This document shows, piece after piece, positions 8,729 to 17,124 of a stretch of 32,000 bases of DNA (its first letter is position 1; each line of letters begins with the position of its first letter). This DNA is from Coprobacillaceae bacterium. GTDB taxonomy: Bacteria; Bacillota_I; Bacilli_A; Erysipelotrichales; Coprobacillaceae. The stretch spans positions 360,001 through 392,000 of the forward strand of contig OY780959.1 of the NCBI GenBank assembly GCA_963675915.1. Reading direction: 5' to 3'. The position numbers were made by a program, and so were the translations under genes. The notes beneath the pieces were generated by a model. The model was not told where the DNA came from, searched no databases, and saw nothing but the letters and a program-made list of their open reading frames with translations.

Positions 8729-9997
8729 ATGATTTCAAATGGTGTTGTCACAATCTTTGAGGATAAACAAAAAAAGCTGAATCTTTCTACTCAGCAATTC
8801 AATGATATCAACGAGATGAAAACAATTGTTGGTGAAGGAAATATTATTTTACAACATGACGGCAATCTGTTGGTAAGAGGGTATATTGGATTTGTCCAAG
8901 TGAATCAAACAAGGTTGCTAGTATATCCAAAAATATCAAATAGACTTGACGATGAAATGGAAAAGAAGCGGTCATTGCATATTTTCATTAGAATGCTTGC
9001 CTTTACAGGATTTGATAGTGTTAAAAAGACGCTTGATTCGCTAATGATGGATAAGTATCAAGGAGATATCCTCGAAATATTCATCGGCCTGTTTGTAGAT
9101 GAACTGGCACTGCAATTTAGTCGCGACATGAATCGTGGTTATAATAATATATTAGAAAATCAGTCATTTATCAAAGGAAAAGTTGATTTCCCAGAAACGG
9201 TAAAACGCAATAGTTTCCGCCGGCATATCCATACCGTCCGCTATGATCAGTTTACCGAAAATATTCTCATCAATCGTATTTTTAAATCGGTTATCATCAA
9301 TTTGAGCAAAGTAACAAAAATAAACAAGAACAAGATTGGCTTGAAGAAATTGATGCTTTGGCTGGAAGATGTTGATCAAATTAATTTGGATGATCAAATC
9401 TGGGATAGAGTGGTATTCAATCGTAATAGCAAAAACTACGAACCATCGTATAACTTGGCAAAAATGTTTTACTATAATTCAAGCCCCAACCTGAATCAGG
9501 GGGCTGATCTTGTGTTTAGTTTTCTTGTACCTGCGAATCAGCTTTTTGAGATGTACCTATACAAGACTTTATTACCGGGATTTACAAAAGACCAAGTGGT
9601 AAATTACCAAGGTCCAATGAAATATCTGGCTAGAAATTCAACTGAAAATATTTTCAGGTTGCGACCGGATATCACAATAACCAGAGATCACAAAGTAGAA
9701 CATCTTATTGACGCAAAATACAAGGACATCAGTTGTGATTATGGTAAACTCAAGATTTCCCAAAGTGATATTTATCAAATGCTTGCCTACAGCGTTCGAT
9801 ATCAGTGCAATAATGTTATGCTGGTATATCCAAAGTTTCTTGATGATGACAATGAACAGATATTGGTGGATCAACTAATGATCTCAAATTATGAAAAGAA
9901 TATTGTCATAAAGATTATCAAGATAGATTTGGAAATTGATCCTTATTTATTACTCCAAAGGTTGAAACTAGAAATATGCGAGTCTGATAATTTATGA
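8729..9997 (+). CDS. mcrC: McrC-family PD-(D/E)xK nuclease subunit
   Basis: RPDITI...HLIDAKYK is a nuclease motif and LFEMYLYKTLL is a McrC-like segment. The gene lies directly after the McrB-like gene. Confidence 0.85.
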   Translation: MISNGVVTIFEDKQKKLNLSTQQFNDINEMKTIVGEGNIILQHDGNLLVRGYIGFVQVNQTRLLVYPKISNRLDDEMEKKRSLHIFIRMLAFTGFDSVKKTLDSLMMDKYQGDILEIFIGLFVDELALQFSRDMNRGYNNILENQSFIKGKVDFPETVKRNSFRRHIHTVRYDQFTENILINRIFKSVIINLSKVTKINKNKIGLKKLMLWLEDVDQINLDDQIWDRVVFNRNSKNYEPSYNLAKMFYYNSSPNLNQGADLVFSFLVPANQLFEMYLYKTLLPGFTKDQVVNYQGPMKYLARNSTENIFRLRPDITITRDHKVEHLIDAKYKDISCDYGKLKISQSDIYQMLAYSVRYQCNNVMLVYPKFLDDDNEQILVDQLMISNYEKNIVIKIIKIDLEIDPYLLLQRLKLEICESDNL

Positions 9998-10022
9998 TAA
10001 CGAAACAGCACAGGAGGAGATT

Positions 10023-11228
10023 ATGTTAGGAGCGATAATAGGTGATATTGTTGGGAGCCCATATGAATTTGACTGTAATAATATCAAGATCAAGGATTTC
10101 CCTCTATTTTCTGAAGTATCGAGGTTTACCGATGATTCAATTATGACTATTGCGGTTGCCCAGGCAGTAATCAACGGTTATGGCTCAAAAGAAAAGACGA
10201 AATCCGAAGCTATAAAATCAATGCAAGCATTAGGGCGGAAATATCCCAATGCAGGATACGGGACTAATTTCATTAACTGGATCTATGAGGATAATCCTAA
10301 GCCCTATAATAGTTATGGGAACGGTTCGGCTATGAGAGTCTCGGCAGTTGCCTGGATTTACAATAATCTCAAAGAGGTAGAAGAATTCGCTGAGGTTACT
10401 GCTGCAGTGTCGCATGACCATCCGGAAGGAATAAAAGGGGCAAAAGCAACTGCTGCAGCAATTTTCCTTGCCAGACAGGGTGCAAATAAGAGTTATATAC
10501 AAAAGCATATAACGAATACATATCACTATAATTTGGACCTCAGCTGTGAAGAAATTCGTCGATATTATCGGCATGTTGAATCATGTCAGGAAACGGTGCC
10601 TGAAGCAATCATTGCTTTTCTTGAAGGAAATAGTTTTGAGGATGTGATAAGGCTGGCGGTATCTTTAGGGGGAGACAGCGATACATTGACGGCGATTGCA
10701 GCAAGTATTGCAGAAGCATATTACCATGTCCCTGAAGAAATCAAAAGAAAATCCTGTTCCATTTTGGATGAATATTTGAAAACTTTACTTGTGTCGTTTG
10801 ATGTGTTCCGAAGTAATATTATTGAAAGACGAAAAAAGATATTTGATGATTTGATGTCAAGTAAACCATACTTTGATAAGGAGAGTAAAACGCAATGGAC
10901 TGAAGCAAATCGGGACGGCAATCAAGTTCGATTTGCGTACACTGTGTATGGTAAAGAAGTTGAATTGCTGCAGCGCTTTGCTCAAAGTGGAGATTTTACT
11001 GATTTTGATTACCATGATACCTTGGACAATTTTGGCTTGAGTATGGACTTGGATCTATACCAGAGAGCAGCTGAAAATTCTTGCCCTCTATTGTTAAGGG
11101 CAATGCTTACAAGTATCGTTCGTCAAGAAAGATTCAATGATGGACTGATTGCTAGAGCGATAGAAACTGGAACTATAAGCGCTATTTTGGATTCCTATAG
11201 CAAACAACTTAATTCGGAGTGTTTGTAA
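10023..11228 (+). CDS. ADP-ribosylglycohydrolase (ARH/DraG family) fused to an unassigned C-terminal domain of about 120 aa
   Basis: ARH hallmarks are GAIIGDIVGSPYEF, FTDDSIMT, YGNGSAMRVSAVAW, HDHPEGIKGA and LGGDSDTLTAIAASIAEA. AGGAGGA at 10012-10018 precedes the start, 25 nt after the mcrC stop. Confidence 0.85.
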   Translation: MLGAIIGDIVGSPYEFDCNNIKIKDFPLFSEVSRFTDDSIMTIAVAQAVINGYGSKEKTKSEAIKSMQALGRKYPNAGYGTNFINWIYEDNPKPYNSYGNGSAMRVSAVAWIYNNLKEVEEFAEVTAAVSHDHPEGIKGAKATAAAIFLARQGANKSYIQKHITNTYHYNLDLSCEEIRRYYRHVESCQETVPEAIIAFLEGNSFEDVIRLAVSLGGDSDTLTAIAASIAEAYYHVPEEIKRKSCSILDEYLKTLLVSFDVFRSNIIERRKKIFDDLMSSKPYFDKESKTQWTEANRDGNQVRFAYTVYGKEVELLQRFAQSGDFTDFDYHDTLDNFGLSMDLDLYQRAAENSCPLLLRAMLTSIVRQERFNDGLIARAIETGTISAILDSYSKQLNSECL

Positions 11229-11298
11229 ATAGGGTTCGATGTTACAAAAATAAAGAGATTCGTAAAATTTACATATTCTAATATAGGAGGATAAGAAA

Positions 11299-12243
11299 AT
11301 GGAAAGAAATTCAAAAAAATCGGAAAAAAGCATTAAGGATACCCTAAAGAAAGCAGCTAAAAATACAGGAGATGTTGCATCAGGGGTGTTAGGAAAAGCG
11401 AAAGATACTGCTGTTAATTCCACAAACACAGTGCTAAACGTGGTTGATGTAAATGGTAATGGAGAAATAGATATTGAGGATTTTATTATATTAGGGCTGA
11501 AAACTCCTGGTATAAGTGTGAATCGAAATGACTTTTTGCAAAGAGAACTAATGAAAAATTTCCCTCAAGAAACAATAGATGATGCAATATCACATAATCC
11601 AGCTCACGCAAATATACCATCGGAATATATTGATAAGATTGCTGGTGAAGTAATAAAATTCGAAAGAAATTGTGTATCAGGAATCTCAACGGCGCTAGGA
11701 ATTCCGGGTGGAGTGGCCATGGTAGCTACAATTCCAGCTGACCTTGTTCAATATTATGGATATATGCTTAGAGCTGCTCAAAAACTTTTATATCTATATG
11801 GCTTCCCTGAAATAGATACTACTGAAAAAAGTAATAAGATTGATTCTGAGACTATGAATATTTTGATTCTTAGTCTAGGGGTTATGTATGGAGTTCACGG
11901 AGCTAATAATGCTTTAAAAGCAGTTGCAAAAGCATTGGGAAGTGGTGTTGAAAAAAAATTGCTAAAAACCGCACTGACGAAAGGTACCATATATCCTATT
12001 GTCAAGAGCGTCTCAAAATGGTTTGGGGTTAATATGACCAAGCAAGTATATGCCGGTTTCTTTAAAAAGGCAATTCCTGTTGTAGGAGGAGTGATAGGTG
12101 GAGGAATCACCTATTTATCATTTAAACCGTGCTGTGATAAACTACAGAAATCCTTACAAGACACATTGTTAAGCAATCCAAGCCATCACTCTAGCGATGA
12201 TGAAAACATTATTTATGATGCTTTTGAGGTTATTGAAGATTAG
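11299..12243 (+). CDS. EcsC-family protein with an N-terminal EF-hand/dockerin-like calcium-binding loop
   Basis: The central region ISTALGIPGGVAMVATIPADLVQYYGYMLRAAQKLLYLYGFPE resembles the EcsC family. The loop DVNGNGEIDIED fits DxNxNGxIxxxD. The RBS AGGAGG lies at 11285-11290. Confidence 0.7.
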   Translation: MERNSKKSEKSIKDTLKKAAKNTGDVASGVLGKAKDTAVNSTNTVLNVVDVNGNGEIDIEDFIILGLKTPGISVNRNDFLQRELMKNFPQETIDDAISHNPAHANIPSEYIDKIAGEVIKFERNCVSGISTALGIPGGVAMVATIPADLVQYYGYMLRAAQKLLYLYGFPEIDTTEKSNKIDSETMNILILSLGVMYGVHGANNALKAVAKALGSGVEKKLLKTALTKGTIYPIVKSVSKWFGVNMTKQVYAGFFKKAIPVVGGVIGGGITYLSFKPCCDKLQKSLQDTLLSNPSHHSSDDENIIYDAFEVIED

Positions 12244-12603
12244 AAAATCAAGTTATCATGTTTTGTGTGTTACAAAGATAAACTATTGTGATCGACAAAT
12301 TTTGCGGGATTGTTTATTTAGGCTTTTATATAAATCTATGAAATCAAGTAACTGATTCTGCGAAGTTGATATGAATTAATAATTCAGAGGTTAACTGTAG
12401 CTAGCCATTTTATTTGATGCCATCTAACCATAATCTAGTCATAATAAATAAAGGTCAATTCCAAATAATTTGATGAATTTTTCTTCAAATTGCTTGAGAT
12501 TGACCTTTTGCTTTGTTATTTTATTGGTAATAAATCTAGAGAAAGAAAAAATGAGAGACGCCACCACCAAGCAGTTTCTCTCATTTGCCATATAGACAAG
12601 AAT

Positions 12604-13158
12604 ATGATAACGTATCACGGAGTAAAAATCAATAATAAATTGATGAAGATTGATTCGCGGGCCAAACTCCAGGCCTATTATAATGAATTGGTTTCCAATA
12701 TCAATCGTTTTTCCTTGAGTTGCGCTGGTGACTGCCAGGGCAATTTCATAATTCATGGTTATTATAACCGAAGGGTGAAACTGCCTTTTGGCTTTTTTAA
12801 TTTGAGAATAATGCGGCTAAGATGTAAGGATTGTGGCAGAACCCACGCAATTCTTCTTTCATGTTTGGTTCCATATTCAAGTATCCCGTTGGCTGTTCAA
12901 GTTGAGATTTCCATACATAAAAATAATCAGAAACTATTAAAAGCCATTCTTGATCGAAATCCCTATATGTCTGAGTGTGAAATTTATAATGTTGTGAGCA
13001 GGTATATCAATGTTTGGCAGCAACGTTTGATGTCGTTGAGAATTGAATCAAATGATATTAACCAACTTGTTGAAAGTTGTTTTTCAAATTATTTGATGCA
13101 GTTCATGCAATGTAGAAATACCATAAATATCCTGTATACCATCAACCACATAGGATGA
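12604..13158 (+). CDS. Zinc-ribbon protein of the transposon (DUF6431-like pattern); start uncertain
   Basis: CAGDCQGNFIIHGYYNRRV...LRCKDCGRTHAILLSCLVPYS gives a CxxC...HG / CxxC..TH pattern. The track ORF starts at 12490 inside the transposon end. The first in-frame ATG is at 12604 and has no clear RBS. Confidence 0.55.
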   Translation: MITYHGVKINNKLMKIDSRAKLQAYYNELVSNINRFSLSCAGDCQGNFIIHGYYNRRVKLPFGFFNLRIMRLRCKDCGRTHAILLSCLVPYSSIPLAVQVEISIHKNNQKLLKAILDRNPYMSECEIYNVVSRYINVWQQRLMSLRIESNDINQLVESCFSNYLMQFMQCRNTINILYTINHIG

Positions 13159-13206
13159 GTTAAATAATCGATTCTATTAGTATATAGTGGGTGACGGAGG
13201 TATTAT

Positions 13207-14454
13207 ATGGATAAAAAAGAACAAGAATACGTAGCGTTGATGCGCCATCGGATCATTCATGACATCATTACCGGAAATTATGATGCTGCATGGTCTAAGA
13301 ATCAGGCGATTACGGAAGCTACCAAGAAAGTCTATAAGAGTTTCGACAACCGTGATTTCACTGTCTCAAGCAGTACCATCTCCAGATGGATTGCTGCTTA
13401 CGAAGAAAAAGGCTTCGATGGATTGATTCCTCAAAAGCGGAGTGATTGTGGCAAGTCAAGAAGACTGGATGATGACATCGTTGAAACAATCAAATATTAT
13501 AAGACAACCTATCCTAGATTGCCGGCAACTGTAATATACGGCAAGTTGATTGAGAAAGGAATCATCAAGAAAACTGATGTTTCCCTATCAACCGTTAACC
13601 GATGTGTCAATCAGATAAAGTCGGAATTGCGGCTTTCAAACAAGAAAGACATGCGTCGCTACGAAGTGCCCCATATCAATATGAACTGGGCTGGCGACAG
13701 TTCGGTCGGCCCTTACATAACCATTAATGGCAAGAAGAACCGGACATACATGATTGCCCTGATCGATGATGCTTCAAGGATGATCGTCCATCTTGATTTG
13801 TATTTGAATGACAACACAGTCAATTTGATGGATACCATGAAAAGTGCGGTAACAAAATATGGAGTTCCTGAGATGTTCAGGTTTGACAACGGCTCCAATT
13901 ATCGAAATCACCAGATCAAGATGATTGCAGCAAGGATTAATTCAACCATTAGCTACTGCAAACCGTACTCGCCGGAAGGAAAATCAAAAATTGAGCGGGT
14001 GTTTCGGACGATCAAAGATCAGTTCTTCGCCCAAATAAACATAAAAGATTACACAAACAATCTAGAAGGTTTGAAGCAGGATTTAAGCCAGTTCATCAAT
14101 GATTACAACAACAAGGTGCATTCGTCTTTGAATGGATTGACACCTCATCAACGTTTTTTTCAGGAAAGCAACCTTATCAAAAGGCTTGATGATGACTTTA
14201 TCGACAACACTTTCCTGTTCGAAGTAGAGCGGTCTGTCAGTACTGATTCGGTAATCAAAATAGATAATCGGGAATACGAGATTGATTATATCTATTCTGG
14301 TGAAAGGCATATGTTCCGATATACTCCGGACTTGGAAAACGTCTATATAGTCAACAAGAATACCGGCGAACTGGAACGGATTCACCTACTTGATAAAAAC
14401 GCCAATTCAAAAGTAAAACGAGTGCAGCCAAAATTATGCGGAGGAGAAGATTAA
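13207..14454 (+). CDS. DDE transposase (rve/integrase core with Mu-transposase-like C-terminal barrel)
   Basis: An N-terminal HTH is present (SSSTISRWIAAYEEKGFDGL). The candidate D, D, E triad is NWAGDSSV, FRFDNGSNYRN and PEGKSKIERVFRTIK. The C-terminal VIKIDNREYEI...FRYTPDLENVYIV is Mu-like. The RBS is GGAGG. Confidence 0.85.
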   Translation: MDKKEQEYVALMRHRIIHDIITGNYDAAWSKNQAITEATKKVYKSFDNRDFTVSSSTISRWIAAYEEKGFDGLIPQKRSDCGKSRRLDDDIVETIKYYKTTYPRLPATVIYGKLIEKGIIKKTDVSLSTVNRCVNQIKSELRLSNKKDMRRYEVPHINMNWAGDSSVGPYITINGKKNRTYMIALIDDASRMIVHLDLYLNDNTVNLMDTMKSAVTKYGVPEMFRFDNGSNYRNHQIKMIAARINSTISYCKPYSPEGKSKIERVFRTIKDQFFAQINIKDYTNNLEGLKQDLSQFINDYNNKVHSSLNGLTPHQRFFQESNLIKRLDDDFIDNTFLFEVERSVSTDSVIKIDNREYEIDYIYSGERHMFRYTPDLENVYIVNKNTGELERIHLLDKNANSKVKRVQPKLCGGED

Positions 14455-15257
14455 TGGAAAAATATTGGACCAGATATGGATTGGAATTCAATCCGTTTAT
14501 CAAGAACTCAAAGAATTTATTTATTGAAACAAGTGAATACCAGGAATTGAAAGTACGCCTTAACAGCCTTTTTGAAATCAAGGGTTTCGGACTAATAGTC
14601 GGTGAACCCGGCCATGGCAAAACAACCATGATCAGAAACTATATCAAAACACTCCCCAAATCAGCTTACAAGATAATTTATTTGTCAATGTCGACCCTTA
14701 CAGTCAAGGAGTTCTATATGCAACTAGCTGAGTCGCTGGATCTGACTCCTCGGTATCGAAAGAATGATCTGTTCAGGGAGATCCAATCAGCCATAAACCA
14801 GTTGATTTACGAAAAAAGGATTACCCCGGTGTTTATCTTTGATGAATGTAATTACATGAATAACGCCATTCTTAATGATTTGAAGATGATCTTCAATTTT
14901 GATATGGATTCCAAGGATCATGCTGTAGTCTTGATGGTCGGATTGCCGACAATAACAAGGAACCTGAAATTAACCGCTCATGAACCATTGCGCCAGCGAA
15001 TGATTATCAATTACAAACTTGAGCCATTGAACAAGAGTGAAAGTCTTGCTTATATCAAAGACAAGCTCCAAGGCGGAAAAACAATTCAAGAAGTGTTCAA
15101 TGATAATGCAATTGAGGCAATCATCAATGCATCCAACGGCACCTGTCGGGTTATTGATCGGATATGTGACCGGGCAATGTTTATCGGAGCAATCAGAAAA
15201 ATCGAAGTAATTGATTCCGATTTAATCCTAGAAACAATCGAAGAGGTAGTAATTTGA
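14454..15257 (+). CDS. AAA+ ATPase transposition helper (ExeA/TniB/MuB-like)
   Basis: YGLEFNPF...LIVGEPGHGKTT (Walker A) and VFIFDECN (Walker B) are present. The ATG overlaps the transposase stop (TAATG). GGAGGAG lies upstream. Confidence 0.8.
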   Translation: MEKYWTRYGLEFNPFIKNSKNLFIETSEYQELKVRLNSLFEIKGFGLIVGEPGHGKTTMIRNYIKTLPKSAYKIIYLSMSTLTVKEFYMQLAESLDLTPRYRKNDLFREIQSAINQLIYEKRITPVFIFDECNYMNNAILNDLKMIFNFDMDSKDHAVVLMVGLPTITRNLKLTAHEPLRQRMIINYKLEPLNKSESLAYIKDKLQGGKTIQEVFNDNAIEAIINASNGTCRVIDRICDRAMFIGAIRKIEVIDSDLILETIEEVVI

Positions 15258-15562
15258 TAATCGAATACTTCTGCAACTATGATGAAAAAACATGGGCCAA
15301 CGAGATAGTAATAGTCTCACAAAACCCAGATAAGTGTGAATTCCAGCTAAGATATGACGGAAATGAAATCGAAGTGATAGTAGGTAAATCAGCCAAAGGG
15401 AACTGGATTTGCATCCCGTTGATGAAGCTGGGACTGGAACTATCATATTTCAAAGACAAATTTTGGAACAAGTCAGCTCTATTGCGCGAGATAGATCCAA
15501 TCAGCAGCGAAGCAATATCACAAGCAATCTACAAAATAAACGAGTCAGGGATAATCGTCTAA
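15254..15562 (+). CDS. Small transposon-encoded hypothetical protein (102 aa)
   Basis: The TTG start overlaps the ATPase stop by 4 nt and the ORF lies inside the transposon ends. No motif was recognised. Confidence 0.45.
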   Translation: MIIEYFCNYDEKTWANEIVIVSQNPDKCEFQLRYDGNEIEVIVGKSAKGNWICIPLMKLGLELSYFKDKFWNKSALLREIDPISSEAISQAIYKINESGIIV

Positions 15563-15794
15563 AAAGGCGATTATTTTCTTTTTCCTCTAAAACATCATTT
15601 CAAATAAACTGAATATTCCATTCGATTAATTTGAAGAGCATCAAAAAAGGACCAAAAGAAGGCCCATATAATTTGAAGAATCATCCATCAAATAAATTGA
15701 CTAGCTACAGTTAACTAATTACCAAATTAAGGTTCAAAATTTATCTAAATAGAAGTGCTAATCCAAATAAGAATGTGCAGACGCCAAATTATTG

Positions 15795-15825
15795 TCCAGT
15801 GTGAGTAAATCGCTCACACTGGACG
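15795..15825 (+). other. Perfect 12-bp stem-loop (gtccagtgtgag-taaatcg-ctcacactggac) just outside the transposon right end
   Basis: Direct reading. No strong T-run follows (ggattta). It could be a terminator or processing site of the pre-insertion ecsC-like transcript. Confidence 0.35.
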
Positions 15826-15987
15826 GATTTATGAGATAATGTGATTATGCTGTTTGCGTTTATTAACTAAAATTATTGGATTAATCAATATTTTAAGATA
15901 GGGTCCAAGAAAACTAATAAATGAATCTTGTGTAAAGCCAGTATAAGACATTTACATTAGGATATTACTAAAAAGGGGAACGGAAGT

Positions 15988-16875
15988 ATGATGGAAAGAA
16001 TTAAAGAGAAATATTCAAAACGTAACTTAATGATGATTGCAGTACTAATAGTTGTAGCGTTATTGTCGATTTTTGTTTTTGCAAATATTGCAACATCACC
16101 TAGCATTAATGCGGGAACGATACAATCATTGGATGATAAAAAAGTAGTTGTGATGAGTCTTGCCGCAGTAACGGCGGCATCATCAACGGCTTTAACGTTA
16201 ATTCCAGGAGATGTTGCAATGCCGATAGCTAATCAAATTGCGGAATTAAGCACTTATTTCATTGTTATATTATGTGCGATTTTATTGGAAAAAACGCTAA
16301 TTACAGCGGTCGGTTATGTATCATTTACTTTCATTATTCCATTTGCTTGTGCTTTGGGAATTTCATATTTGTTCGTGAATAAAGGAGTATTAAAGGTTTT
16401 TGCAATAAAACTAGCTATATTAGGAATTGTTCTTTCTGCCGCAATTCCGATTAGTGTGCATGTAAGTGACATAATATACTCTACTTATCAAGAATCGATA
16501 GAACAAACAGTTGAAACTGTAGAACTTAACAATGAATATATTGATGAAACGAAGAAAGACCTTTCTGCAAATGATAAAAACTGGATCGAGAATATCGGAG
16601 ATTATTTATCCAATATTACTTCTAAAATAGGAATTGGCATATCTGCAATAACTGATAAGGCGGAAAATACACTTAGTACATTGCTAGATACAATTGCTGT
16701 TTTAATTATTACATCTTGTGTTATTCCAATAGTAATATTAATGATTTTTGCATGGATAATTAAAATCCTGTTTGGGTTTAATATCAATGGCGCAAAACCA
16801 AATGATTATCAACGAATCGCACAAAAGTTGCGAAAAAAAGGAAATTCATCTGGTGTTTCAAATGAAATCCAATAA
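15988..16875 (+). CDS. Polytopic membrane protein, unknown family
   Basis: Several long hydrophobic segments flank a central acidic soluble loop (STYQESIEQTVETVELNNEYIDETKKD). The RBS GGGGAACGGAAG lies upstream and a terminator lies downstream. Confidence 0.6.
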   Translation: MMERIKEKYSKRNLMMIAVLIVVALLSIFVFANIATSPSINAGTIQSLDDKKVVVMSLAAVTAASSTALTLIPGDVAMPIANQIAELSTYFIVILCAILLEKTLITAVGYVSFTFIIPFACALGISYLFVNKGVLKVFAIKLAILGIVLSAAIPISVHVSDIIYSTYQESIEQTVETVELNNEYIDETKKDLSANDKNWIENIGDYLSNITSKIGIGISAITDKAENTLSTLLDTIAVLIITSCVIPIVILMIFAWIIKILFGFNINGAKPNDYQRIAQKLRKKGNSSGVSNEIQ

Positions 16876-17002
16876 TACAGCTAGATAAAATTCACGTTTA
16901 ATTGCCTACAGGTATTGTTCTTATAAGGTGGTTTTGTGAGTATAAATCTTAGATTTAAGTTGCAGCATGTCATATCATAGAAGTGCTACGGTTTAATCTG
17001 TC

Positions 17003-17030
17003 AGACCCCATTCTAGATGGGGTCTTTATT
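17003..17030 (+). terminator. Rho-independent terminator
   Basis: agaccccat-tctag-atggggtct is followed by ttatt. Confidence 0.65.
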
Positions 17031-17124
17031 ATTGAGGTTCTTCATCTAACTATATTGTATGCGTCAAATAGAGCGGTGGGAGAATATTTAATGGTATGCA
17101 AAAAGGAATCCGGGGGACAGTTTG

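Larger units (their letters stand above)
12390..15715 (+). mobile_element. Mu/Tn552/Tn7-superfamily transposon (4 ORFs) nested in the IS66-bounded cargo
   Basis: Inverted ends are (G)TTAAC-TGTAGCTAGCCATTTTATTTGATG at 12390-12420 and CATCAAATAAATTGACTAGCTACA-GTTAA(C) at 15685-15715. TGT...ACA tips are present. Several subterminal copies of ATTTGATG / AATTTGAAGA occur at both ends. The element encodes an rve-type transposase plus an ExeA/TniB-like ATPase. Confidence 0.8.

Noticed and set aside
12439-12756. Minus-strand 105-aa ORF and the 5' extension (12490-12603) of the zinc-ribbon ORF
   Set aside because: Both overlap the transposon terminal repeats. Neither has an RBS, and the translations are low-complexity.
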